Positions 26,240-39,067 of a DNA stretch of 64,000 nt are shown here, piece by piece; position 1 is the first letter of the stretch; each line of letters begins with the position of its first letter. The notes beneath the pieces are model-generated. The model was not told where the DNA came from. It made no database searches and was given only the letters and a program-made list of their open reading frames with translations. Source of the DNA: Eledone cirrhosa (taxonomy: Eukaryota); assembly GCA_964016885.1 (NCBI GenBank), contig OZ024760.1, positions 20,274,001 to 20,338,000 on the forward strand. The letters run 5' to 3'. Made by a program: the position numbers and the translations under genes.

Positions 26240-26550
26240 TTGCTTATTGAACTCTCACCAACAACTAACCTATGTTGAGGGAGGTACATTCTTCGCCAGG
26301 GTATGCCTTAGTATTCGTAACCATCTGTCTGTCTCATTGCCTAACTAGGAAGAAGTCAATTTGGCGTATGTGCTCGCCTGATTGGTAGGGTATTAGGGGA
26401 TTGGCAGGTTTCCTGAAGTTAGTGTTGCAAATGGTTAGTTCACTTGCATCACAAAATTCAAGAAGCCTCACTCCTTCTTCGTTTCTTGAGCCATAAGCAT
26501 GACCACCATGTACCCGTCCAACATGACCATTGAATTCACCTGCTAGGATC
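26240..26550 (-). mobile_element. RTE LINE AP-endonuclease fragment
   Basis: AGEFNGHVG...RNEEGVRLLEFC...NTNFRK...QIDFFLVR. Confidence 0.85.
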
Positions 26551-26901
26551 ATTATCATCATTATTATTGTCGTTGTGCAATTGCTTGATGACAATCTCGC
26601 ACATGGCCGCACTAGTCATCCCACTACCGTGCGCAGCCCTAACATGGTTAGTGTTATTGCTGTTTTCGCAGTTATTGCTATATTTGTACGTTGTGCTCAT
26701 ATTTTTTGCCATTAATACACTGGTTGGATGCCCTATCACCAGCACCACTTTATAACATGGACTGGGTGCCTTTATTCATGGCACCAGCACTGGGGAGGCT
26801 GTCTTATTGGACTCAGGGGGTCTCCTCCACCCCATACTTTAGCATGACTTTAAAATGGCTGAATGCCACTTCCATTTCCTCCATTACATATATATATATA
26901 T

Positions 26902-27226
26902 ATAAATTACACAATAATCAAAACTATGTTCAAATCATTTTATTGCTGACAATCATTTCTTCCAAACTTTCATTTGGACATATAATTAACTTCCTATTCA
27001 ACTGAACAATCATATAGATACATGGATATTAATGTTGTCATCAACAGTTTCGTATTTACAGAGTGGAATGGATGTGACAGAGATTACAAGTGAATAGTTA
27101 AATAATTAAAGCAATATAGAGAGTGCAAATGCGTTAGGCATATACAGGACCAAACGAAAATTTGGAAGAATTGATTGTCAGCAATAAAATGATTTGAACA
27201 TAGTTTTGATTATTGTGTAATTTATA
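26902..27226. repeat. Inverted repeat with about 75-bp arms next to (TA)n
   Basis: ATAAATTACACAATAATCAAAACTATGTTCAAATCATTTTATTGCTGACAATCA and its reverse complement at about 27172-27225. Confidence 0.8.
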
Positions 27227-27549
27227 TTCCAGCTCTGTAAAACATCTCATGTATTTACATTGAGCTATTTTTCTTACTGGTAATAAGGTAGTAATAAATT
27301 ACTGACCTTTCCTGTTTATAGTTGTATATAGTGTATATATAACTATAAATATTATATATATATATATATATGTAATGTTTCTTCACTGATCAGCTAACAT
27401 GCGCACACACACACACACACACACACACATTAAGATGATTCAGTAGATTTGTGGTTTACTGAGAAAGGTACCAATATTAGCAATCTATGCAACAGTAGAA
27501 GATATACAATAAATATTTATATTAAGAACAAAATCAGGTTTGATAGATG

Positions 27550-27710
27550 GATGGTTGAAGATCCATATTAGTGTTATAGAACCGACTCCAGGCCCCAATC
27601 TGCTCCTCAGACTTGTTAATTAAGTAAAACCAAATATAATCAACAAGTCCGAGAAGCAGATTGGGGTCTGGAGTCTGGTCAATAACACAAATATGGATCT
27701 TGAACCACCC
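27550..27710. repeat. Imperfect long hairpin / MITE-like element
   Basis: AAGATCCATATT..GACTCCAGGCCCCAATCTGCT..GACTTGTT pairs with AACAAGTC..AGCAGATTGGGGTCTGGAGTC..AATATGGATCTT. Confidence 0.75.
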
Positions 27711-28232
27711 ACCTGTGCAACATTTGTAACTGAGCCTGATCAATAAAAACTTCAATGTGAAACCTCGTTATAAATCTATATATATAAACTCAAACATGAA
27801 TTACATATATAGAAACATATCAAACATTAAAACAAGAGATTCTTTGCAAATTATCTCCTCTTTTAACCCTTTAGCATTCACATTCCTCTATATATACTAT
27901 TGTATTTTCATGGTAAGGGCTTTACCTCACATAATATCGAATCTATGAGATTTTGAAAGTATTTATTTTGAGAACAATACCTTAACATCAGTTTGAGCGA
28001 CCAGTTACAGCCAGTTTCAACAGAAAGAGGTAGAGAATTCTGGCCGGTTTGAACATTAAAGGGTTAATGTTTGATATGGTTATATATGTCATTCTTTTTT
28101 TAAATTTATATTAAGAACTCGGAATATTTTCTCTGAGCTTCCTTTGAAGGCGATACGGATATGGCTAGTGTCTGTAATTTTCTCAGACACAACATCTTTA
28201 TTCATTTTAGTAATATATATATAGTATTTACG

Positions 28233-28805
28233 TATCGAGAGAGAGAAAAAAAGGGGGGGATAGGTGATACATATAGTTATTTGCCAAGTAGCGTATGCCA
28301 AAGGTGCTCGATACTAGTGCCAGCAGTATTAAATATTCAAAGTGTTAATATTTAGTTGACTAGAGAGTTAGCAGAGCGTAGGCACGTGGGAAAGTAAGAA
28401 ATCGGAGAATAGACCGTTAAAACATGTTTATTTAAAACAGCACCTACGACCTGCTGCAAAATCAAAACAAGCTATTTTTTGCGAGCAATGAACCTTGACG
28501 TGAATTTAACCCCAAAAACTCTTTCCGAGCAATGTAAGGAACACTTTTGGTTATTTATGCCCTTGAGAAGCCCAACTGGGCGAAACGTACGTAGGTGCTT
28601 TTTTAAATAAACATGTTTTAACGGTCTATTCTCCGATTTCTTACTTTCCCACGTGCTTACGCTCTACTAACTCTCTAGCCCACTAAATATTAACACTTTG
28701 AATATTTAATACTGCTGGCACTAGTATCGAGCACCTTTGGCATACGCTACTTGGCAAATAACTATATATATCACCTATCCTCCCCTTTTTTTCTCTCTCT
28801 CGATA
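28233..28805. mobile_element. Fold-back element, family D
   Basis: About 215-bp arms (28233-28448 and 28590-28805) with a 140-bp spacer carrying the 5' part of the hammerhead. Confidence 0.65.
28551..28610 (+). ncRNA. Minimal type I hammerhead variant with U3-A8 core (family D)
   Basis: TTGAGAA 28563-28569, stem II GCCCA/TGGGC, GAAA 28582-28585, palindromic stem III ACGTACGT, GUA site, stem I with distal TTATTTA/TAAATAA. Confidence 0.7.
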
Positions 28806-28946
28806 TGTATATATTTATACATACACACACATATATAGTTTGTGTTTCCATTCAATAATGTAAAGTACTCATTACCGACATATGGCTTTACTGTAGAAGT
28901 AGGGTGTGTGGGTGGGGGCTAAATGACATCATCAACATCATCTTAC

Positions 28947-29513
28947 CTGCTGCTACCATTGCTGCTGCTGCTACTCAAGCTGTCATCACTGTCACTGCTG
29001 CTGCTGCTACTGCTGTCACTACTGCTACTTCCACTGCTGCTGCTGCTGCTGCTACTACTGCTACTCCCACTGCTGCTGCTGCTGCTACTACTGCTGCTTT
29101 GGCCTTTCTTTTTCTTCTTCTTGCTGCTGCTGATGTTGTTGCTACTGACAGCTACGACTTTGTTGTTGCTGCTGATGTTGTTGTTGTTGCTGCTGCGACT
29201 GTTGCTGCTGCTTTTGTTGTTGCTGTTGTTGGCCCCAGCGTTGTCCTTGGCAACAGGCCGTTTCTTGGTCAGCACCTTCTTCTTCTTCTTCGTTGCTGCT
29301 GTTGCTGCTTTGTCGGCAGGTGAACTGTCTGAGCTATCACTGCTACTGTCCGAGCTGTTGCCGCTGCTGTCCGAGGAACTGTCTGAGCTGTCACTACTGC
29401 TGTCCGAAGAGCTGTCCCCTGTACCAGAAGCTGGAGACTCCATGCTGGGTTCCTGTTGCTTCTGTTGTAGAGCTACCTTTGCCATATTCTTCAAGTGTTC
29501 CCGGAGGTCGTCA
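28947..29513 (-). CDS. CWC22: CWC22 exon (DDLREHLK followed by poly-Ser/Asn/Lys low complexity)
   Basis: DDLREHLK conserved; AG/GTAAG; phase 2 to 2. Confidence 0.9.
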
Positions 29514-30817
29514 CTAAAGAAAGAAATTAGAAAATAATGAGTTGTTTATTTATTAATTAGAAGGGTCTCTGCAGTAACATTACTTGGAGATCAGAGTCAC
29601 TGCAGGTAGAGCCGCTTCTTTTCTGAATTGAGAGATCACAGCCCCGATACCATGGACATGTGGTTAGAATGTCTCAGGAAAGAATTGCTGGACAGATTTC
29701 ACAGGCAAAACCAACCGACAGGAGACCAAGGGGTAGACCCACCCTGAGCTAGATAGTTGGATAACATCTATCAGCTTGGCTGGTCTCCCTTGGGGGATCC
29801 AGCTGGATCAGTTGTTTCTGACAGGACCTGCTGGAAGGAGTGTTTGAGGACTCTGCCCACCATAACCCTCTCAGGAATAAGTGAGAGAAGAATCGATCAA
29901 TCAGATCCCGGACATCATTCGCTTACCGAGTGGAGATGGAACTCATCAAATTAGACCAAGGAAACATTGTTGATACTATTTACCAGTTGCAACTCCTGGC
30001 AAATTAGAAAATAATAATAATTCTTTCTAATATTGGCATAAGGCCAGTATTTTACTGGTACTTTATTTTATCAAACCCCAGTATTTTACTGGTACTTTAT
30101 TTTATCAACTCCCAGTATTTTACTGGTACTTTATTTTATCAACCCCCAGTATTTTATTGGTACTTTATTTTATCAACCCCCCAGTATTTAACTGATATTT
30201 ATTTTATCAACCCCAGAAAGATGAAAGGCAAAATTGACCTCGGCAGGATTTGAACACAACGTAAATAACCAGAACAAGAACCACAACAGCATTTTATCTG
30301 ATGCTCTACAGATTCTGCCAATCCACCAATGTTTTGAATTATATATTTAATTTCTAACTTAAGCACAAGGCCAGCAATTTGGAGGAGGAGGGAAAGTCAA
30401 CTAAATCAACCCCAGTATTTAACTGGTACTTATTTATCAACCATAAAAGGATGAAAGGCAAAGTTGACTTTGGTTTGAATTGAACTTAGAATGAAGAGAC
30501 ACAGAACAAATATCCAATGCTCCAACAAGTCTGCCAAATCAACCATCTTAACTTCATCCTCATCATCACCACCACCGTTCAGCATCCATTTTTCTACACT
30601 AACAAGAGTTAGGCGGGTTGTCATGTTATGAGACAAGTCAGGTCCAGAGATCATGGCATGCTCATGCAGATCTGTGTGTTTTGGATTGGTTTCTACAGCT
30701 GGATGCCCTTCCTAACACCAACCTTTTTACAGAGTGTGGACTGGGTGCATTTTGTCGTGTCCCCAAAGCAACCATCTTACAGGTTACAGTATAAATACAG
30801 TATTTAGAACTACTCAC

Positions 30818-30919
30818 GTTAAACCACCAAGACCGATGGTAGTGAAAAAATTAATGGCAAATCGTGTATTCTTCAGAACATCTCTTGGCATTATTCCTTC
30901 AAAATATGGCTGTAATGTC
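30818..30919 (-). CDS. CWC22: CWC22 exon (TLQPYFEGIMPRD...NTRFAINFFTTIGLGGLT)
   Basis: Hand translation; near-invariant RFAINFFTxIGLGGLT; phase 2 to 2. Confidence 0.95.
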
Positions 30920-31248
30920 CTGAAAGAAGAAATATATATACATTTGGAGACATCAACTTGTGACTTATTTACTAAGAAGCAATATTTTTTGTGGATTTTT
31001 CTTTGTTCAGTCAGAGCACAAAGACGATATATGTCAGCGGTACAATATCACTTTTCTGCTTTTATGTGTTTCAAGCCAATAGACTGTGGTCATACTGGGG
31101 CACTGACTTGATTTAGTTGATCATATTGACCACGGTACCTATTTTTATCAATCTCTTCTTTGGTGAACTGTTCAGTTAAGGGACATATATATATATATAT
31201 ACACAATTGACATTATTGTATATTGATTCAAAATTATTCTTGTGTGAG

Positions 31249-31321
<73 letters not shown>

Positions 31322-31496
31322 CAGTGCTGAGACCGAAGAGACCACAAATCATGAGAGTACTCAATGCATAGGGAGATGCAGAGTGAGTATAGCGAGAGAG
31401 GTAAAATCCTGGTCATGGCTCCAAGCACTTTTGGCTTATGTGGAACACACAAACCAAAACTGTTTGGCACCGCCATCAGAATTATCCCCCTCTCTC

Positions 31497-31535
<39 letters not shown>

Positions 31536-31597
31536 ATCATCATCTTCATTTAACGTCCATCTTCCATTTGTTATATCACTTTCAAAAATCTACTTAC

Positions 31598-31725
31598 GGA
31601 TCTTTAAATCTGTAATTCAGTTTTGGCAAACCCATATATTCTGAAAGTTCTTGGAATAGAATCTTGAGGAATATTCTGCTGGCAGATGATGTGTCTTCCT
31701 TACTTAGTTTGATACAAGACATTAC
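31598..31725 (-). CDS. CWC22: CWC22 exon ([33 protein letters not shown]...)
   Basis: Conserved; phase 0 to 2. Confidence 0.95.
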
Positions 31726-32004
31726 CTGAAATGGACAATAAAACAGCATGAGTGGTCTCGACACAATGAAAGTTTTCATCATATATATATAGAGTGTATA
31801 TATATACTGTTGATTAGATGGTTAAGCCCCTCCCCTCTTTCATTCCTACCCCGTCCCATTCTGAAAAACTTACATTCACTCCTCACACTACCCCTTTCTA
31901 TAAACCCCACCACCACCAACAATTTCCTCCAAACACATCACACACCTGCAATACACAGAATTCAAGAGCTTGTTACCTGTACAGTAACGACTGACGACAC
32001 TTAC

Positions 32005-32157
32005 CTGCCAGGAAATTGCATCTGTGTGTAATAAGTGAGCAAAAAACTTTGCAACATTTCTAAATTTGTCAGGACCTAAACGGTGAATGGTTTCATACTG
32101 TTCTTTGAAGATCTGATGGAATGGGTCAACGTATTTCTTATCAACCATACAAAACCT
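32005..32157 (-). CDS. CWC22: CWC22 exon (RFCMVD...QYETIHRL...[19 protein letters not shown])
   Basis: Conserved; AG/GTAAG; phase 0 to 0. Confidence 0.95.
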
Positions 32158-32185
32158 CTGAAAAATAGAATAAAGAGTCACATAT

Positions 32186-32219
<34 letters not shown>

Positions 32220-32254
32220 TCCACACATGCACATACACAGACATTGTATTTCAT

Positions 32255-32582
32255 TGAAAGTGGCTGGAGGGGGAGACTGAGTCTTCCTTGACCATGGTCA
32301 TGACACCATTTGAAGGTGGCTGGAGGGAGAAACAGTCTTCCTTGAACGTGGTCATGACACCATTTGAAGGTGGCTGGAGGGATGGACTGAGTTTTCCTTG
32401 ACCGTGGTCATGACACCATTTGAAGATGGCTGGAGGGAAAGCCAGAGTCTTCCTTGATCATAGTCATGACACCATTTGAAGGTGGCTGGAGGGAGACTGA
32501 ATCTTCCTTGACCGTGGTCATGACACCATTCGAAGGTGGCTGGGAGGGAGGGACTGAGTCTTCCTTCACCGTGGTCATCACG
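32255..32582. repeat. Minisatellite of about 57 bp
   Basis: GGTCATGACACCATTTGAAGGTGGCTGGAGGGA..., about 6 copies. Confidence 0.9.
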
Positions 32583-32690
32583 CCATAAAAAGTAACTGGA
32601 CATTGACCATCTTATATCTGTGCCAGGTAATATATAGTGACTTAGATGGGATCTAAATTAAAAAGTAACTGGACATTGTCCAACTTTTAC

Positions 32691-32768
32691 CTGTGCTAGT
32701 AAGCCAAAGAATTTCTCATATGTTCTTTCTTGAGCACAACAATCTAGAATCATGTTACACAACTCAAT
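32691..32768 (-). CDS. CWC22: CWC22 exon ([26 protein letters not shown])
   Basis: Hand translation; conserved MA3 motif; phase 0 to 0. Confidence 0.95.
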
Positions 32769-33019
32769 CTGGAAGACAAAGAAACGGATTTAAACATAAA
32801 ATGAAAGCATTCTCTTACTACTCTTACCACTACTACCACTATTACTACTAATAAAACTAATATTACTGTCACTAATAGTACTATTATTATTACCACTAGT
32901 AGTACAACTATTACTACTACTACTACTAAAGCATTTGAAGACCATCTTTCATAGTAAAACATTTTAAAATCATCACCATCATCGTTTTAACGTCTGCTTT
33001 CCCTGCTAGCAAAGGTTCC

Positions 33020-33323
33020 TTGCTACTAAAACATTTTAAACACATCCCTTCCTATTAAAACATTTTCAAACCCTTCCCTTCCTTCCTACTAAAACATCTT
33101 AAAACCCTTCCTTACTACTAAAACATTTTAAAACCCTTCCTTCCTACTGAAACATTAAAAAAACCCTTCCTTCCTACTAAAGCATTAAAAAAACCCTTCC
33201 TACTAAAACATTTTAAAACCCTTCCTTCCTAGTAAAACATCTTAAAACCCTTCCTTCCTACTAAAACATCTTAAAACCCTTCCTTCCTACTAAAACATTT
33301 TAAACCCTTCCTTCCTACTAAAG
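33020..33323. repeat. Minisatellite of about 28 bp
   Basis: CCCTTCCTTCCTACTAAAACATYTTAAAA units. Confidence 0.9.
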
Positions 33324-33716
33324 CAGTGGTCAACATTACAAGTCCCATGACAAAGGTCATACTCATGATGATCTTTTCAGGGCAATATTTTACAGTCCTC
33401 GCTTTAGTTTAGTTTACTGCAAATTTTCATAATTTCTGGCCTCTAGTAAATTATAATAAATGTTTGAATTAACAAACCTATTTTTTGAAGATATTTTCTG
33501 TTAAATCATTACAGAATATTAAAGAGTTAAATGGTTGTGTATCGTTGATCTGTTAAACAATATCTAGCTATGATGACAACCTTACAGTTATAACAACAAC
33601 ACTGCAATTTCAACACACTTCTTGTCCTGGTCTGAGATGTATTTAAGAACATCTCGCCATGACAATAACTTTACAGTGACAACAGCAACGATCACAAAAA
33701 CATAATCTCAACGCAC

Positions 33717-33859
33717 CTCTTGTCCTGGTTTGAGATCCATTTTAAGTAATTTGTGGGCACACTCTTCAAAGTCAACGCTCGACTGGATAGTAAGATATAT
33801 GGTACAGCGTAGAGCTACTAAATTAGTTTCAGTTTTATCAATTATCTGTTCAGTGTGTT
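33717..33859 (-). CDS. CWC22: CWC22 exon, MA3/MI start ([36 protein letters not shown]...PGQE)
   Basis: Hand translation; highly conserved; phase 1 to 0. Confidence 0.95.
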
Positions 33860-34015
33860 CTGGAATTAATAAGAAAACACATTAAGAAATTAAAAAAAAA
33901 ATATTTTAATAAAAACCACAAGTCAAGTACATGAAACCGAACCTCCCTCCTCTGCACCACACACCACCCTCTACCAGCTCTTGTTTCCCAGTTCTCAACA
34001 CAATTTCATTACCTA

Positions 34016-34468
34016 CTAGCAGTGGTACCCGGCGTTGCATGGGATAAGGTATTTTGGAATGCAGGCTGCCAACAGACCTAATCGTGGAAAAACTGCATGC
34101 TTGTAAAGAAAATAAACCGAATATTCTGATGGCTGGATAATCTTTAAGATTTTCCTCGATGAAGCAGGAAAAATGCAGGTTTTCACCTAATGCGGGCCCT
34201 AAGCCTTTTCTTTGCTCACGGTATGAAGAAGAGACTGACTAATACATGGTTACAATTTCAAGGAAATCGGTCTGACGTAACGCCTCAAAAAAACCCTAAA
34301 AAGCTGAAAAAAACGCAGTTTTTCACCTATTGCGGGACCTAGGGGATCAAAAAGTTGAATTTTTTATGCGCATAACACTCCCTAAAACATAACACGGGCC
34401 GCCAAACAGACCTAATCGTGGAAAAACTGCACACACACAGACAGACATCCTCAGTTTATATATATAGA
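34016..34468 (-). mobile_element. Non-autonomous Helitron-like element
   Basis: Minus strand begins TC, ends CTAG, sits between A and T, and has a subterminal hairpin (CCC..GC-gtt-GC..GGG) about 10 nt from the CTAG; internal direct repeats. Confidence 0.65.
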
Positions 34469-34718
34469 TTAACAACTAAAGACAATTCCCTTTAAACCCT
34501 TTGAAATCATCATCGTCGATTTTACACCTGCTTTTCATGGATAGGACAGCCCCTAAAACTGCTCCTGGTTCCATAATACAAAACCATTTATTTTAAAGAG
34601 TTTATATTTATCTAAAATCCTTCCAACATAATTTATGCAAGAACTTTATGTAAATAATAAGATTGTTAGTTATATTAATGAATTCGTCAAAGTTCTTATT
34701 TCAAAATTATATGGAAAT

Positions 34719-35243
34719 CATAGGCAGTGTCTTTCATTAAAAATATGGTAACGAAAGGGTTAAAGACTAGGCAGTGTCTTTCATTAGAAATATGGTAACG
34801 AAAGGGTTAATGACATAGACAGTGTCTTTCATTAGAAATATGGTAACGAAAGGGTTAATGACATAGACAGTGTCTTTCATTAGAAATATGGTAATGAAAG
34901 GGTTAATGACATAGACAGTGTCTTTCATTAGAAATATGGTAACGAAAGGGTTAATGACATAGGCAGTGTCTTTCATTAGAAATATGGTAATGAAAGGGTT
35001 AATGACATAGACAGTGTCTTTCATTAGAAATATGGTAACGAAAGGGTTAATGACATAGACAGTGTCTTTCATTAGAAATATGGTAATGAAAGGGTTAATG
35101 ACATAGACAGTGTCTTTCATTAGAAATATGGTAACGAAAGGGTTAATGACATAGGCAGTGTCTTTCATTAGAAATATGGTAATGAAAGGGTTAATGACAT
35201 GGACAGCGTCTTTCATTAGAAATATGGTAACGAAAGGGTTAAA
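34719..35243. repeat. 48-bp minisatellite derived from a MITE terminus
   Basis: CAGTGTCTTTCATTAGAAATATGGTAACGAAAGGGTTAATGACATAG, about 11 copies. Confidence 0.92.
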
Positions 35244-35945
35244 ATGCTTACTGAATTTCCTAACGTTAGACCTCGTACACAGTGATATAAATGACCCCAT
35301 CAAAATGTAAAACATGTAATTGATCTGCCAAATACTGAACTGTATTAAACCAAACTGAAGGCTACATACATTATATACCCATACTACTATCTAAATATAG
35401 TAAGTTAGTAGAAATTTCATAACTGTATTGCCTAAGCAGCTTTTATATCCAAACATAACTACAGCAAGAGACTGACATCACACCACCACCACCACCACTG
35501 CAAATGCCGTCACCATCACACCACCACCACCACCACTGCAAATGCCGTCACCATCACACCACCACCACTGCAAATGCCGTCACCATCACACCACCACCAC
35601 CACCACTGCAAATGCCGTCACCATCACACCACCACCACCACCACTGCAAATGCCATCACCATCACCATCACACCACTGCTGCTGTAAACGCCACCACCAC
35701 CCATATACACACTAATTAATATTTATATCATTCTGATTCTATTGCAATCAAGATAACAACTAATTAGTGATGCAATCAAGATAAGAACGATTGGAATATT
35801 TGTCTGATCATAGCTAAGGTGAGGTACACTCACCCAAAACTGACCTGGAGCAAAACAATAACAACATTCACATAACAATACATGTTTCAATCACAAATTA
35901 ATAAAATAAAATAAAGTTTAAAATATAAACCCCCTCCTTACTTAC

Positions 35946-36044
35946 CCTCTCCCTCTGCACCTCCACCACCTTCACTTCCACTGTCAGATTGACTCCCGTC
36001 TCCACTTTCGTCACTACTCTCATCTGAACTAGAATTTAAAATCT
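35946..36044 (-). CDS. CWC22: CWC22 exon, acidic/Ser linker (ILNSSSDESSDESG...)
   Basis: AG/GTAAG; phase 1 to 1; continues K-E-I-L into the acidic linker. Confidence 0.88.
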
Positions 36045-36348
36045 CTGAAATAACAAATATAAAAAAAAATACATTATTATTTTTTATGGGTTTTTTTTTT
36101 TTTTTTTTTACATAAATAAGCAATTAAAAAAAAACAAAACAATTTAAAGCACCACCACCCCTGTCACCATCATGCCTCTGTCATGTATTTTTTCATGATA
36201 AGAGTCACAAGGGCACTTGAGTTGTGTCAAAGTGTTTGTCAACCTCCCTAGTGTTGGTGTGGACATGATAAAGCACACCCAGTACACTCTGTAAAGTGTA
36301 GGAATGTACATAAGATTTCGATCCTGAACTGAGAGGTCAATAGCTCGA

Positions 36349-37984
36349 GCTAAGTATTGACTTGGTGTGTGATGACCCATCCAAGCAAGGACACACAACA
36401 GTAAAACTAAGTATTGACTTGGTGTGTGATGACCCATCCAAGCAAGGACACACAACAGTAAAACTAAGTATTGACTTGGTGTGTGTTGACCCATCCAAGG
36501 AGGGACACAACAGTAAAACTAAGTATTGACTTGGTGTGTGTTGACCCATCCAAGCAAGGACACACAACAGTAAAACTAAGTATTGACTTGGTGTGTGTTG
36601 ACCCATCCAAGCAAGGACACACAACAGTAAAACTAAGTATTGACTTGGTGTGTGTTGACCCATCCAAGGAGGGACACAACAGTAAAACTAAGTATTGACT
36701 TGGTGTGTGTTGACCCATCCAAGGAGGGACACAACAGTAAAACTAAGTATTGACTTGGTGTGTGTTGACCCATCCAAGGAGGGACACAACAGTAAAACTA
36801 AGTATTGACTTGGTGTGTGTTGACCCATCCAAGCAAGGACACACAACAGTAAAACTAAGTATTGACTTGGTGTGTGTTGACCCATCCAAGCAAGGACACA
36901 CAACAGTAAAACTAAGTATTGACTTGGTGTGTGTTGACCCATCCAAGCAAGGACACACAACAGTAAAACTAAGTATTGACTTGGTGTGTGTTGACCCATC
37001 CAAGCAAGGACACACAACAGTAAAACTAAGTATTGACTTGGTGTGTGTTGACCCATCCAAGGAGGGACATAACAGTAAAACTAAGTATTGACTTGGTGTG
37101 TGTTGACCCATCCAAGCAAGGACACACAACAGTAAAACTAAGTATTGACTTGGTGTGTGTTGACCCATCCAAGGAGGGACATAACAGTAAAACTAAGTAT
37201 TGACTTGGTGTGTGTTGACCCATCCAAGCAAGGACACACAACAGTAAAACTAAGTATTGACTTGGTGTGTGTTGACCCATCCAAGCAAGGACACACAACA
37301 GTAAAACTAAGTATTGACTTGGTGTGTGTTGACCCATCCAAGCAAGGACACACAACAGTAAAACTAAGTATTGACTTGGTGTGTGTTGACCCATCCAAGC
37401 AAGGACACACAACAGTAAAACTAAGTATTGACTTGGTGTGTGTTGACCCATCCAAGCAAGGACACACAACAGTAAAACTAAGTATTGACTTGGTGTGTGT
37501 TGACCCATCCAAGGAGGGACATAACAGTAAAACTAAGTATTGACTTGGTGTGTGTTGACCCATCCAAGCAAGGACACACAACAGTAAAACTAAGTATTGA
37601 CTTGGTGTGTGTTGACCCATCCAAGCAAGGACACACAACAGTAAAACTAAGTATTGACTTGGTGTGTGTTGACCCATCCAAGCAAGGACACACAACAGTA
37701 AAACTAAGTATTGACTTGGTGTGTGTTGACCCATCCAAGGAGAGACACAACAGTAAAACTAAGTATTGACTTGGTGTGTGTTGACCCATCCAAGCAAGGA
37801 CACACAACAGTAAAACTAAGTATTGACTTGGTGTGTGTTGACCCATCCAAGGAGGGACACAACAGTAAAACTAAGTATTGACTTGGTGTGTGTTGACCCA
37901 TCCAAGGAGGGACACAACAGTAAAACTAAGTATTGACTTGGTGTGTGTTGACCCATCCAAGCAAGGACACACAACAGTAAAACT
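36349..37984. repeat. 57/55-bp minisatellite, about 29 copies, two interspersed variants
   Basis: CTAAGTATTGACTTGGTGTGTGTTGACCCATCCAAG(CAAGGACAC/GAGGGAC)ACAACAGTAAAA. Confidence 0.97.
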
Positions 37985-38254
37985 ATCCAATTGGTAACAA
38001 TAATACTAACTGGTTGCTAATAAACAATAAAAATAACAATCTTATTAATGGTAATACTAACCAGTTTATTACTAACACAGCAACACTAACTCAATTATTA
38101 CTAACAGTAATACTAACCAGCTTACCAATACAATGGTACCAATCAGTCAGAAAGACAGTAATAACAACCAGATTATTACTAACAGTAATATTAACCGATC
38201 AATAATACAGTATCACTAACACAGTAATACTGACCAATGAAAACTAAACCTTAC

Positions 38255-38317
38255 CCTCTTTAAGGAGATTGTATTTCTCTTCATTTTCCAGAAAATTGTC
38301 ATCTTGTTTGAAAACAT
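38255..38317 (-). CDS. CWC22: CWC22 exon (VFKQDDNFLENEEKYNLLKE)
   Basis: Hand translation; conserved NVFK..ENEEKY; phase 1 to 1. Confidence 0.92.
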
Positions 38318-38737
38318 CTGAAAGAGACAAAAACAAATTAGAAACATATATTTAATTAACAGGAACAGCTGCGAGTTTTCTCCTACTTCCTCAAATTAAC
38401 AAGTAAACAGTAATGTTTCCACGTGGTCATACAACCTGATAGAGATAGCAGCCAAATCACCCAGTCATTTTAAACAAGGAAGGACACACCATGTAAAGGT
38501 CCTCTGAGCCAATGTATGCACAAGAGAAGACTGCAGTAGTATTGACCACCATTTCATTCCTGTTTTAAATCCGTTAAAGACCAGGGTGAAAGTGGCAGAG
38601 GTATTTTAGTTTATACAAAGAACCAGTGCATGTTCACTTATGCATGGTTGCATCAACAGATATGTAAATATATATGAATCCCCGCTAGTGTGGAGGGGAA
38701 AATGGATGTTAAACGATGATGATATATATCTACATAC

Positions 38738-38815
<78 letters not shown>

Positions 38816-39067
38816 TAATATCTACATACACATATCATAATCGTTTAAAGTCTATCTTCCACGCTAGCATGGGGTTAGACGGGATTTGTCTCACTTGAGG
38901 TAAGATTGGTTGGATGACCGTGTATCACTCATATAGGACTGTATCTGGCAGGTTTTCTACAGCTGGATGCCCTTCCTGACACCAACCACATTTACAGTGT
39001 GAACTGGGAGCCTTTTTACTGCGTCTCCTACACAACCACTTTATAGCATGGACTGGCTGCTTTTTGT

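Noticed and set aside
28904-29537. Plus-strand poly-Leu and poly-Ala ORFs
   Set aside because: Antisense shadows of the Ser-rich CWC22 exon.
33800-33812. RC instead of the usual RR in LVALRRTIYL of CWC22
   Set aside because: A single substitution that could be a polymorphism or sequencing error; not interpretable alone.
36349-37984. Regular array superficially like CRISPR, with repetitive ORFs
   Set aside because: Units are head-to-tail with no unique spacers, no cas genes, and lie in a eukaryotic intron.
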